Source: Macrostomum hystrix (Eukaryota > Animalia > Platyhelminthes). From it: a DNA stretch of 64,000 bases. The translations under genes and the position numbers were made by a program. The DNA lies in the NCBI GenBank assembly GCA_950097015.1, contig CATNEN010000001.1, positions 4,092,001 to 4,156,000 of the forward strand, read 5' to 3'. Position 1 is the first letter of the stretch. The number at the start of each line of letters is the position of its first letter. The notes beneath the pieces were generated by a model. That model was not told the origin of the DNA. It did no database searches and worked only from the letters and a program-made list of their open reading frames with translations. This document shows, one piece after another, positions 40,490-53,514 of the stretch.

Positions 40490-40634
40490 GTGTGGAGTGA
40501 GGTGGGTGTAGCCAGTCTGGAGTGAGGTAGGTGTAGCCCGTGTGGAGTGAGGTGGGTGTAGCCCGTGTGGAGTGAGGTAGGTGTAGCCCGTGTGGAGTGA
40601 GGTGGGTGTAGCCCGTGTGGACTGAGGTGGGTGA
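40490..40634. repeat. 25-bp tandem repeat
   Basis: Unit gtgtggagtgaggtgggtgtagccc. Confidence 0.9.
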
Positions 40635-40985
40635 ATCGGTTGTTGACTTTCGAAAATGCAAGCCGTTTTTCTACTCGTAAATGGAAGTTTTTTATCGTTT
40701 AAAGCTTCATGAATTAAAAAATTGGTCTGTGACGCTTTCGCAGATCAGCGAATGTTTTTATTGCAAGTGTACAGTGAATCCCTGACATTACTACTTTCAT
40801 CTAAATTCTGCGCGGCAATACCCGAATGTTCGTCCGTTTTGATAAGTTTAAAACCCTTTTACGGTTTATGAATATTTCATAAGATTTTCAGACCCACAGA
40901 GAGCAAAAGTATTAAATTTTTGCGTTTCGCATATTGTCTACACCTCAATTTTCTTGTTATTCGTCGAATATTTTGTCGTATGCTA

Positions 40986-41405
40986 CCCGCTAAAAAATAG
41001 GGATGTTTCTTTGGGTGATTCCAGTTGGAATCTGCGGTGTTTCCAGAAAAAGAAACAGCCGAACGCTGGAAACATACCAATCGGATGATTCCATGCTTAG
41101 AATCTACCCAACTGGGCGTTTTCTCGGTGCTTCTTGGTGGCGAAATGGAATCACCCAAAGAATCCTCCAGTTCGGAAGATTCCATGCTCAGAAACCGCCG
41201 AGGAATCGCCCGTAAATAATTCTCTGGTTGTCCCATGGGCCACTGGTTCGGGTGATTCTTCAGCGGTTTCCGCACAATTTACGGTTACATCGGCTGCTTC
41301 CTGGGTGGTTTCTTTAACTCTTGCGAGATAGGGGGGATTTTGGTAGATTCCACTCCTCTTTTGCACAAAAAACCCGCCGAAGAAGCAGCCGAATTTTTTA
41401 CAGGG
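40986..41405. mobile_element. non-autonomous CCC..GGG (CACTA-like) element
   Basis: Left cccgctaaaaaatagggatgtttctttgg versus reverse-complemented right ccctgtaaaaaattcggctgcttcttcgg. Internal repeated gaagattccatgct and ccagttggaa motifs. The flanks (TA/TC) do not form a perfect TSD. Confidence 0.6.
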
Positions 41406-41852
41406 TCTTCATCTTTGTAGTTGATTCTTCGCTTTTTCCACTATTTTTTCTGTAAGCATCGTTAAATCGCTTACCTATCACGTAATGGCTTTCTGCACTA
41501 CTGATACTCATGTTATTTCTACTGAAATTGTCTTTTTTATTTCAATTTTCTTCATGATTTCGTGTTGTACTATTGGTTCTGCTATGTGTTGTGTCTAATT
41601 TATAATTGAAACCCAAAAATTATGATTTATAGGAGTAAAATACTTGATAATACTATTAAGTAGTTGTAAACACACCAAATATTTGTTGCAGATGTAATCG
41701 AAAAAAATAAATTTTTAACTTATTTTTTATCGGATTGCGAGCATCGCTTATGCGCAGCTCATACGATTGAACTCTAATTTAATTATCGAGCTAATTGTTG
41801 ACTCTCAGCTTTCGTAGGTTAATAAAAAAGTTTTGGTTACAGCGAATCTTTA

Positions 41853-42030
41853 TGGAGTGAGTTGGGTGTCGCGTGGAATGAGGTGGGTGTCGCCTGGAGT
41901 GAGTTGGGTTTCGTGTGGAGTGAGGGGGGTGTCGTGTGGAGTGAGGTAGGTGTCGCATGGAGTGAGGGGGGTGTCGCGTGAAGTGAGGTGGGTGTCACCT
42001 GGAGTGAGGTGGGTGTCGCGTGAAGTGAAT
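41853..42030. repeat. 21-bp degenerate tandem repeat
   Basis: Unit tggagtgaggtgggtgtcgcg. Confidence 0.88.
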
Positions 42031-42220
42031 TGAGTGTGTTGTATGAGGGTTATGTATGGAGTAAAGCATAATTATTTTAATGTATTTTTAACTAACTTTT
42101 AGAAACATTTGGAAATCGAACTGAAAGTTCAGTTCAAAGACAACATGGAACTCCAAGACTATAGTTGGTTATCATATTGTAATATAGTAGTAGCAACGAA
42201 GGCCTGCTCATAATGTGTGC

Positions 42221-45200
42221 TCAGAAGTCGGCAAACCAATTCTGATTTTCAACCAGCTGGGTCTCATTAAAAAATTTGCTCATATTGAAGTCGCTCTGCG
42301 CCGCTTCGAAGAAAAAGTACATGTCGTTGGGCCCGTCTAGAACTGGTTGATAGGCTACCTGAAATTCAATCAGCATACGAGTATAATTATACATATTTCA
42401 GTGCTTATGAATAACGATTTAACGATAAATAACGATAAATAACTTAGAGATAATTTAGCGTTAATCACTTAGTGTCTAAGAATCAATATTCGTCTTAGGA
42501 TTCGAGTTCAGATTCTTTGGATTCTAGTTTAGATTCTTGGGATTCGGGCTTAGAATCTTAGGATTCTAGTTTAGATTCTTGGGATTCGGGCTTAGAATCT
42601 TAGGATTCTAGTTTAGATTCTTGGGATTCGGGCTTATATTCTAAGATATAGGATTTAATATTTGAAACTTGGGATAATTTAGGGAATAACTATATCATTG
42701 GGATGAGAGAACTTGGAATTTACTCTGATTTAAGAATCGCTTATGACACAATCCCAAGTTATTCCAAGCAAGCAGAAGTACTGTTAATGTTTCCTCACCT
42801 GCACAGTTCTGTTGAGCAGTCCAATAAAGTCCACATCCCGAAAGAACGGATGATGCCTGACCTCGTGCACTTTGGTGCGCAGATTCCCCAATCGGAAGCT
42901 GGGATTTCGCATCAGCAGCCGGCGCACAAGGTCCACGGACACGGCGTTGATCTCCGACGGGAACGCCACCTCGAACTGTTTAACCTCTGGATGGCGCTCC
43001 TGCCTGTAGCACTCGGGCCCGATGCCAGCCAGCAGCTCGAAGATGATGACGCCCAGGCTGTACCAGTCGACAGCGAAATTGTACGGCTTTCGATTGAGGA
43101 TCTCCGGCGCGATGTAGCCGATTGTGCCAACCGCCTTTTGATCAGCGATGAAACAGCTGGCGTCCAGCAGGGCGTAGGAGATGCCCATGTCGGAGATCTT
43201 TAACCAGCCATTCTTGCCAACCAATATGTTCTTCGGCTTCAAGTCTCTGTGCAATGATAGTCAAATATGTATTATGCTTTTGTGTATGCATTGCTTTACC
43301 AAGGTCCCTGAGCTCGATTCCGCGGCGAGGCCACATTCATTTCGGGCGTTGCCGCGGACAGAAGGCTTGGTGGCTTGTCGTGCAATTTACGCCATTGAGG
43401 GCCAACCTCCAAGGCCCAGTGAAGTGTACACTGCCTGACGGTAAGAGAGTCCGGGCAGATGTACACACCTGTGTGAGCGTGTGCCTGCGTAAGGTATCTG
43501 TGTGCGTGTGTACTCAGGAGTCAGCAGAATGGGCAGAATTGCCTCCTCGCTGGCTGCGGGTCTAGTGTCATCAAATGATGTGCCATTGGCCGCAGCCCTC
43601 CTGCAATTATTGTAGTTATTTATTTATTTAGGTCGGAGGGTCGGGATCGAACCCCTGACCTTCAAATCGTGAATCCTCCCCTATAGGAATTTTCCCCTAG
43701 AAGCTGATATTCCAGTCATAAACACCAAGTATAGTTACTCATTTCTCACCTGTGCACAATATTCATTCGATGCATGTACTCAATGCCTAGTACCAGCATT
43801 GCGGCCATATATTTCACCTCCTCGTAGCGGAATGTCTTCTTTAATCGGAGGTGGTCGTGCAGGCAGCCGCATTCCATGAAGTCGGTGACCACGTACAGAT
43901 TCTGGCTGCACTGGAAGCTGTCAACTAGACGAATTATGAAGGGATGATGAAGGCAGGCCAGCATGTTTCTTTCTCGAATGATACTATGCGCGCTGCAGGC
44001 GTTGTGCACTCTGTGCTTGTTGAATACCTGTGAGGTATAGGGTTCACCTGTTTGACTGCGCGTGCATAACAGTAGGACTATTTGCAGCATTGCGATTAAG
44101 TATCAAGCAGGTGAGGAGTTTATCAAACAGGTCAGGAGTTTATCAAACAGGTGAGGAGTTTATCAAACAGGTGAGGAGTTTATCAAACAGGTGAGGAGTT
44201 TATCAAACAGGTCAGGAGTTTATCAAACAGGTCAGGAGTTTATCAAACAGGTCAGGAGTTTATCAAACAGGTCAGGAGTTTATCAAACAGGTCAGGAGTT
44301 TATCAAACAGGTGAGGAGTTTATCAAACAGGTGAGGAGTTTATCAAACAGGTGAGGAGTTTATCAAACAGGTCAGGAGTTTATCAAACAGGTCAGGAGTT
44401 TATCAAACAGGTCAGGAGTTTATCAAACAGGTCAGGAGTTTATCAAACAGGTCAGGAGTTTATCAAACAGGTCAGGAGTTTATCAAACAGGTCAGGAGTT
44501 TATCAAACAGGTGAGGAGTTTATCAAACAGGTGAGGAGTTTATCAAACAGGTCAGGAGTTTATCAAACAGGTCAGGAGTTTATCAAACAGGTCAGGCGTT
44601 TATCAAACAGGTGAGGAGTTTATCAAACAGGTGAGGAGTTTATCAAACAGGTGAGGAGTTTATCAAACAGGTCAGGAGTTTATCAAACAGGTCAGGAGTT
44701 TATCAAACAGGTCAGGAGTTTATCAAACAGGTCAGGAGTTTATCAAACAGGTCAGGAGTTTATCAAACAGGTCAGGAGTTTATCAAACAGGTCAGGAGTT
44801 TATCAAACAGGTGAGGAGTTTATCAAACAGGTGAGGAGTTTATCAAACAGGTCAGGAGTTTATCAAACAGGTCAGGAGTTTATCAAACAGGTCAGGAGTT
44901 TATCAAACAGGTCAGGAGTTTATCAAACAGGTCAGGAGTTTATCAAACAGGTCAGGAGTTTATCAAACAGGTCAGGAGTTTATCAAACAGGTCAGGAGTT
45001 TATCAAACAGGTGAGGAGTTTATCAAACAGGTGAGGAGTTTATCAAACAGGTGAGGAGTTTATCAAACAGGTGAGGAGTTTATCAAACAGGTCAGGAGTT
45101 TATCAAACAGGTCAGGAGTTTATCAAACAGGTCAGGAGTTTATCAAACAGGTGAGGAGTTTATCAAACAGGTGAGGAGTTTATCAAACAGGTGAGGAGTT

Positions 45201-45441
45201 TATCAAACAGGTGAGGAGTTTATCACCTTGATGGCGTAGCTCTCTCGAGTTTCCCTAGCAACAGCGAGAAACACCACCCCAAAACTGCCCCTGCCCAGCA
45301 GCTTCTCCAGCCGGTAGCCGAGTATGTTCGGATTCCGACTCGGCGGATTGCTGAACTGTTCCCGCATCCTGCACGAGTGCATCCGCAGCCAATGCTCGTA
45401 GTCGTGAAGGCAGCTCACCTTTTGAGGGTTGGAATGCGGTT
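42221..45441 (-). CDS. divergent AGC-group Ser/Thr protein kinase
   Basis: Exons ~45441-45227, 44027-43750, 43246-42799 and 42358-42221, phases consistent. Motifs GRGSFG, YAIK, IIRERNML, HRDLKPKN, KISDMG, GTIGYIAPE, VDWYSLG, HPFF and an AGC tail ending WFADF*. The first coding exon may be 47866-47807; the acceptor choice is uncertain. Confidence 0.85.
42497..42636. repeat. 42-bp (2x21) repeat, last kinase intron
   Basis: Unit ggattctagtttagattcttgggattcgggcttagaatctta. Confidence 0.85.
43298..43630 (+). mobile_element. SINE copy 4 (5' truncated), in a kinase intron
   Basis: accaaggtccctgagctcgattcc through cgcagccctcctgcaattatt plus an A/T tail. Confidence 0.9.
44101..45225. repeat. 20-bp minisatellite (~56 copies) filling a kinase intron
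   Basis: Unit tatcaaacaggt(c/g)aggagtt; the array begins at the 5' splice site (45226). Confidence 0.97.
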
Positions 45442-45536
45442 CTGTGAATATACAGATACTGGGAGTCAAAGGAAGCTTCTTTAGTTTGCAACCAAATCAA
45501 AAAAATATTTATCTGCTTCCTTTAATTCTCTCAGGT

Positions 45537-47600
45537 CTGATCTCATCCTCTTTTTTCAAATCTCATCCTCTTTTGTCTAATCTCATCCTTGTTTGTCTAA
45601 TCCCATCCTCTTTTGTCTAATCTCATCCTTGTTTGTCTAATCTCATCCTCTTTTGTCTAATCTCATCCTCTTTTGTCTAATCTCATCCTTGTTTGTCTAA
45701 TCTCATCCTCTTTTTTCAAATCTCATCCTCTTTTTTCAAATCTCATTCTCTTTTGTCTAATCTCATCCTCTTTTGTCTAATCTCATCCTCTTTTGTCTAA
45801 TCTCATCCTCTTTTGTCTAATCTCATTCTCTTTTGTCTAATCTCATCCTCTTTTGTCAAATCTCATCCTCTTTTTTCAAATCTCATCCTCTTTTGTCTAA
45901 TCTCATCCTTGTTTGTCTAATCTCATCCTCTTTTGTCTAATCTCATCCTTGTTTGTCTAATTTCATTCTCTGCTGTTTAATCTCATCCTCTTTTGTCTAA
46001 TCTCATCCTCTTTTGTCTAATCTCATCCTTGTTTGTCTAATTTCATTCTCTGCTGTTTAATCTCATCCTCTTTTGTCTAATCTCATCCTCTTTTGTCTAA
46101 TCTCATCCTTGTTTGTCTAATTTCATTCTCTGCTGTTTAATCTCATCCTCTTTTTTCAAATCTCATTCTCTTTTGTCTAATCTCATCCTTGTTTGTCTAA
46201 TTTCATTCTCTGCTGTTTAATCTCATCCTCTTTTTTCAAATCTCATTCCCTTTTGTCTAATCTCATCCTCTTTTGTCTAATCTCATCCTCTTTTGTCTAA
46301 TCTCATCCTTGTTTGTCTAATTTCATTCTCTGCTGTTTAATCTCATCCTCTTTTTTTCAAATCTCATTCTCTTTTGTCTAATCTCATCCTCTTTTGTCTA
46401 ATCTCATCCTTGTTTGTCTAATTTCATTCTCTGCTGTTTAATCTCATTCTCTTTTGTCAAATCTCATCCTTGTTTGTCTAATTTCATTCTCTGCTGTTTA
46501 ATCTCATCCTCTTTTTTTCAAATCTCATTCTCTTTTGTCTAATCTCATCCTCTTTTGTCTAATCTCATCCTTGTTTGTCTAATTTCATTCTCTGCTGTTT
46601 AATCTCATTCTCTTTTGTCAAATCTCATCCTTGTTTGTCTAATTTCATTCTCTTCTGTTTAATCTCATCCTCTTTTTTTCAAATCTCATTCTCTTTTGTC
46701 TAATCTCATCCTCTTTTGTCTAATCTCATCCTTGTTTGTCTAATTTCATTCTCTGCTGTTTAATCTCATTCTCTTTTGTCAAATCTCATCCTTGTTTGTC
46801 TAATTTCATTCTCTTCTGTTTAATCTCATTCTCTTCTGTCAAATCTCATCCTTGTTTGTCTAATTTCATTCTCTGCTGTTTAATCTCATCCTCTTTTTTT
46901 CAAATCTCATTCTCTTTTGTCTAATCTCATCCTCTTTTTTTCAAATCTCATTCTCTTTTGTCTAATCTCATCCTCTTTTGTCTAATCTCATCCTTGTTTG
47001 TCTAATTTCATTCTCTGCTGTTTAATCTCATTCTCTTTTGTCAAATCTCATCCTTGTTTGTCTAATTTCATTCTCTTCTGTTTAATCTCATTCTCTTCTG
47101 TCAAATCTCATCCTTGTTTGTCTAATTTCATTCTCTGCTGTTTAATCTCATCCTCTTTTTTTCAAATCTCATTCTCTTTTGTCTAATCTCATCCTCTTTT
47201 TTTCAAATCTCATTCTCTTTTGTCTAATCTCATCCTCTTTTGTCTAATCTCATCCTTGTTTGTCTAATTTCATTCTCTGCTGTTTAATCTCATTCTCTTC
47301 TGTCAAATCTCATCCTTGTTTGTCTAATTTCATTCTCTTCTGTTTAATCTCATCCTCTTTTTTTCAAATCTCATTCTCTTTTGTCTAATCTCATCCTCTT
47401 TTGTCTAATCTCATCCTTGTTTGTCTAATTTCATTCTCTGCTGTTTAATCTCATTCTCTTCTGTCAAATCTCATCCTTGCTTGTCTAATCTCATTCTCTT
47501 TTGTCAAATCTCATCCTTGTTTGTCAAATCTCATTCTCTTTTGTCAAATCTCATCCTCTCAAATCGAGTCTCATCCTCTCACGTCCAATCTCATCCTCTC
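45537..47600. repeat. 20-bp minisatellite with higher-order variants
   Basis: Unit tctcatcctcttttgtctaa and variants. Confidence 0.96.
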
Positions 47601-48078
47601 AGTCTAATTTCAGCCTATTTCGTCTAATTAGACATTTTCTCGTCTAATCTCATGAACTCTCAATCTCATCTAGACGGATGTCTTTCATCTAATTCCACTT
47701 TTCTAACCTTATCTCATATGAAACATCTCTCAGGTAATATAAATTATCTAATCTCATATTCTCATATAATTTTAAACTCTCCAATCTTATACCATCAAAA
47801 ACTTACCGGCTTATCAGCATCCATGCTGCCAATCACTTTGTTTTTGCAGTTGCAGGCGCGAAGCATGATGAAAAAAAGTATTTGTTTTTATATATTATAT
47901 CACTTTATATGGACTTAATAAAAACATCTTAAAATTCGAAAGCAAAGCAAGAAGTTTCTCGAAAATTGAAAAAAAACTAAGCTGAATAAATTTAAGGCTG
48001 TATTACTCTTTTGTCTATGGTCGAAACTGTAAGGCACTAAACCCAAAGACAACTTGATAACTCAAGACCGGAAACGAG

Positions 48079-50375
48079 CTAGGCCTCAACCCCTCACTAG
48101 AATACAACCCCTCACTAGGCTACAACCCCTCACTAGAATACAACCCCTCACTAGGCTACAACCCCTCACTAGGCTACAACCCCTCACTAGGCTACAACCC
48201 CTCACTAGGCTACAACCCCTCACTAGGCCACAACCCCTCACTAGGCTACAACCCCTCACTAGGCCACAACCCCTCACTAGGCTACAACCCCTCACTAGGC
48301 TACAACCCCTCACTAGGCTACAACCCTCGCTAGGCCACAACCCCTCACTAGGCTACAACACCTCACTAGGCCACAACCCTCACTAGGCTACAACCCCTCA
48401 CTAGAATACAACCCCTCACTAGGCTACAACCCCTCACTAGGCCACAACCCCTCACTAGGCTACAACCCCTCACTAGGCTACAACCCCTCACTAGGCTACA
48501 ACCCTCGCTAGGCTACAACCCCTCACTAGGCTACAACCCCTCACTAGGCTACAACCCCTCACTAGGCTACAACCCCTCACTAGGCTACAACCCCTCACTA
48601 GGCTACAACCCTCGCTAGGCCACAACCCCTCACTAGGCTACAACCCCTCACTAGGCTACAACCCCTCACTAGGCCACAACCCCTCACTAGGCTACAACCC
48701 CTCACTAGGCTACAACCCCTCACTAGGCCACAACCCCTCACTAGACTACAACCCCTCACTAGGCCACAACCCCTCACTAGGCTACAACCCCTCACTAGGC
48801 CACAACCCCTCACTAGAATACAACCCCTCACTAGGCTACAACCCCTCACTAGGCCACAACCCCTCACTAGGCTACAACCCCTCACTAGGCTACAACACCT
48901 CACTAGGCCACAACCCTCACTAGGCTACAACCCCTCACTAGAATACAACCCCTCACTAGGCTACAACCCCTCACTAGGCCACAACCCCTCACTAGGCCAC
49001 AACCCCTCACTAGGCTACAACCCCTCACTAGGCTACAACCCTCGCTAGGCCACAACCCCTCACTAGGCTACAACCCCTCACTAGGCTACAACCCCTCACT
49101 AGGCCACAACCCCTCACTAGGCTACAACCCCTCACTAGGCTACAACCCCTCACTAGGCCACAACCCCTCACTAGGCTACAACCCCTCACTAGGCCACAAC
49201 CCCTCACTAGGCTACAACCCCTCACTAGGCCACAACCCCTCACTAGAATACAACCCCTCACTAGGCTACAACCCCTCACTAGGCTACAACCCCTCACTAG
49301 GCTACAACCCCTCACTAGGCTACAACCCCTCACTAGGCTACAACCCCTCACTAGGCTACAACCCCTCACTAGGCCACAACCCCTCACTAGGCTACAACCC
49401 CTCACTAGGCCACAACCCCTCACTAGGCTACAACCCCTCACTAGGCCACAACCCCTCACTAGGCTACAACCCCTCACTAGGCTACAACCCCTCACTAGGC
49501 TACAACCCCTCACTAGGCTACAACCCCTCACTAGGCTACAACCCTCGCTAGGCCACAACCCCTCACTAGGCTACAACCCCTCACTAGGCTACAACCCCTC
49601 ACTAGGCCACAACCCCTCACTAGGCTACAACCCCTCACTAGGCTACAACCCCTCACTAGGCCACAACCCCTCACTAGAATACAACCCCTCACTAGGCTAC
49701 AACCCCTCACTAGGCCACAACCCCTCACTAGGCTACAACCCCTCACTAGGCCACAACCCCTCACTAGGCTACAACCCCTCACTAGGCTACAACCCCTCAC
49801 TAGGCCACAACCCCTCACTAGACTACAACCCCTCACTAGGCCACAACCCCTCACTAGGCTACAACCCCTCACTAGGCCACAACCCCTCACTAGAATACAA
49901 CCCCTCACTAGGCTACAACCCCTCACTAGGCTACAACCCCTCACTAGGCTACAACCCCTCACTAGAATACAACCCCTCACTAGGCTACAACCCCTCACTA
50001 GAATACAACCCCTCACTAGGCTACAACCCCTCACTAGGCCACAACCCCTCACTAGGCTACAACCCCTCACTAGGCTACAACCCCTCACTAGGCTACAACC
50101 CTCGCTAGGCTACAACCCCTCACTAGGCTACAACCCCTCACTAGGCTACAACCCCTCACTAGGCTACAACCCCTCACTAGGCTACAACCCCTCACTAGGC
50201 TACAACCCTCGCTAGGCCACAACCCCTCACTAGGCTACAACCCCTCACTAGGCAACCCCTCACTAGGCTACAACCCCTCACTAGGCCACAACCCCTCAAT
50301 AGGCTACAACCCCTCACTAGGCCACAACCCCTCACTAGGCTACAACCCCTCACTATAGGCTACAACCCTCTGGAC
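48079..50375. repeat. 18-bp minisatellite
   Basis: Unit ctaggc(t/c)acaacccctca. Confidence 0.97.
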
Positions 50376-50393
50376 TACAACCCCCTTGTCCTT

Positions 50394-50760
50394 GGGAGTC
50401 GGTGGCAGAGCGGCTAACGCGTTTGCCTCTCGCACGACGGTCCCTAAGTTCGATTCCACGGCGAGGCCACATTTATCTGTAGCGCAGCCGCGAAGAGAAG
50501 GTTTGGGGGGCTTGTCGTGTAATTTACGCCATTGAGGGCCAACCTCCAAGGCCCAGTGAAGTGTACACTGCCTGACGGTAAGAAAGTCCGGGCAGATGTA
50601 CACACCTGTGTGAGTGTAATGCCTGCGTACTGTATTTGTGTGCTTTCTGCTTAGGAGTCAGCGAAATGGGCAGAATTGCCTACTCGCTGGTTGCGGGTCT
50701 AGTGTCACCGAATGATGTGCCATTGCCCGCAGCCCTCCTTCAATTATTATACTATTATAT
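50394..50760 (+). mobile_element. SINE copy 5, full length
   Basis: gggagtcggtggcagagcgg..gttcgattcc..cccgcagccctccttcaattattat. Confidence 0.92.
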
Positions 50761-50774
50761 TGGCTACAACCTCT

Positions 50775-51349
50775 TACTAGGCTGCAACGCCCTATTGTAT
50801 GCCACAGTCCTTACTAGGCTGCAACGCCCTATTGTATGCTACAGTCCTTACTAGGCTGCAACGCCCTATTGTATGCTACAGTCCTTACTAGGCTGCAACG
50901 CCCTATGTATGCTACAGTCCTTACTAGGCTGCAATTACGCCCTATTGTATGCTACAGTCCTTACTAGGCTGCAACGCCCTATTGTATGCCACAGTCCTTA
51001 CTAGGCTGCAACGCCCTATTGTATGCCACAGTCCTTACACTAGGCTGCAACGCCCTATTGTATGCTACAGTCCTTACACTAGGCTGCAACGCCCTATTGT
51101 ATGCTACAGTCCTTACTAGGCTGCAACGCCCTATTGTATGCTACAGTCCTTACTAGGCTGCAACGCCCTATTGTATGCCACAGTCCTTACTAGGCTGCAA
51201 CGCCCTATTGTATGCTACAGTCCTTACTAAGCTGCAATTACGCCCTATTGTATGCTACAGTCCTTACTAGGCTGCAACGCCCTATTGTATGCTACAGTCC
51301 TTACTAGGCTGCAACGCCCTATTGTATGCTACAGTCCTTACTAGGCTAC
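50775..51349. repeat. 37-bp minisatellite
   Basis: Unit ctaggctgcaacgccctattgtatgctacagtcctta. Confidence 0.95.
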
Positions 51350-52668
51350 GAGGGTATAATAAAAGCATTGAACATTGATAGAACAAAGCATAATTTATCA
51401 GTGCTCTTAATCAAGTAGTTCATTAGGGTCGCCCACCCGCCAATCACCAACCCGTCAATTTACACGTACACAGATCGTCCTGAGTACGTCCTTACTTTTA
51501 TTTGTTTACCGCCCAAGTTAAGGTGTTTGTTTTGAGGTGTCGCAGCAGTGTGTTTTCAATTAACACCCAGCTATCTGAGTTTGACAGTGCCACCTACACT
51601 TGATACCTATACAAACTGTCTTGTCTAAACTGTAAATTTTCCATTATTAAACTAAACTAGTAAAGTGTGCGTCATCAAAGTAAGCATTCAAATAAAATAT
51701 CTTCGGTAAATGCATCAGCGACTGACACATAAATTCTGCATAAAAGAATTAAAAATTAAATTTTAAATTTGAAGCTTATAGTTTTGTCTCGGGTTTTTTT
51801 AACGACGGAAGTGAACAAAGTTTTTGTTTTACTCTGTAGTGTTATTATAATATGACTTAGTTTTACTACTACTCATATATAAAGTTGAGAAAAAAACTAA
51901 TTTTAGAATAAGTTTGTTTTGTGAAGTACTTACAATTTTTAATGTAAAATGCCGACTTAAATTTGTACATTTCTCGGACTCACAAATTGAATTTAGTGTA
52001 TGTGCATCTGTTCGATTCCCGACTGCACATTTAAGACACAACTCTAGCTGAATTGCTTTAGTTTATTTAGCTGGGGTAATTACGAGTAATTTCTATTTCT
52101 TTTGTTGCCAATAATGCTATCATTTTTAAATAAGTTAATGAAGAGCTTTACATTTTTTGGTACTTTCTTAGAATTTGTTTAATAACGTGCAAGACTTGAG
52201 ATAAATAGGGAACAGATTATAATTTCTTGGAAACATAAGAAAATACTTACTGTATACTGATATACTTACTGCAAATAGATTTCTTACTTATAAATCTTGA
52301 AGTTCACACATAAATCGCTTGACTTACTGGATTTATCGTAAAAAAGACTTACTGTAAACCAACTCATAATGTGATACAATATTATACCAACTAAAAATAT
52401 GATCAAAGTGATAATTTTCGGACGAAATTAACACAAATAAATTAATTTGACAGCACTGCATTTAGGCAGAATCGGATATTGTCAACTTAGGACAACAGAA
52501 ACAAATGCTTCAAATAAAAGAATTTCTGTTTTTAATCATTTTTCTAATGAATGATACATTACAACACTGAGTAATTCACAATTAATTAATCCATAAACAT
52601 AAGGTACGTTTTTGTATGATCGATTGAATTTCTATAAAGTTTAAAATAAAATTTTCAAAATTTTAATT

Positions 52669-52727
52669 TTCCGGATTCGAACTCGGGACACTTGGTGCGA
52701 CGGGTGGACGCGCTACCCCACAGCTAC
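52669..52727 (-). other. tRNA-like / SINE-head fragment
   Basis: The minus strand reads gtagctgtggggtagcgcgtccacccgtcgcaccaagtgtcccgagttcgaatcc. It has A- and B-box-like motifs and resembles the SINE head, but forms no complete cloverleaf. Confidence 0.55.
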
Positions 52728-53514
52728 TTTGCCCAACCCACACCAATGCAATACCGTGAACTATTTATACAAAAGAGCTTGTTGAAATTATAGGGAAATT
52801 TTATTGATTTTTTTTCAACCGACTTTGCCATACGACAAACGGACGAAGAACTATAAAAACGACGATAACATATAACAGTTATTTGTTATAAATTAGGGCA
52901 TCTATTGCCTGTAGAACATAAATACGCACTTGCAGAACAATTGGGCCCATAATTAAAAGGACGTGTACAAATGAACAAGTACATATGCACTTTAATTATT
53001 AAACAGAGAACAAAAAAAGTTGATAAAATTCAAATAAAAAACAGTAGAAATAAAAAAATCGAATGTAATCAGCTTGAATACATCAGTACTTATTGTTAAA
53101 CTCCAGTACTTGAAATGTACTGGCGTACTTATATACTCAACAAAACAGAAATAAAAACATTCAGATTTGAATGTTGAATTAGTGTATCATTTTTATACGA
53201 AAAGCCAGCATGTGAAACAATATTTAGAATTTGTATAGCATTTAAACATCAAAATAGAACTAAAACGGCAAGTAAAACAATAAGGTTCAATTTCATACCT
53301 TAAAAATTATCTAGTTGACAATAAAGTCTAATAGCAAATACTTACAAACTACTTACCCATCCGTGAGAGGTAGTAGTACAATGCGCATTTTTTACTTTCA
53401 GGATCGTCATTTTTTCTATTTTGCAATTCACACGCATCAACACTACTGCCGATGAGAACAGTAGTTGAACAAGCATTATGTACAGTATTTAAAGAGTCAA
53501 GACAAGTTTAATAT

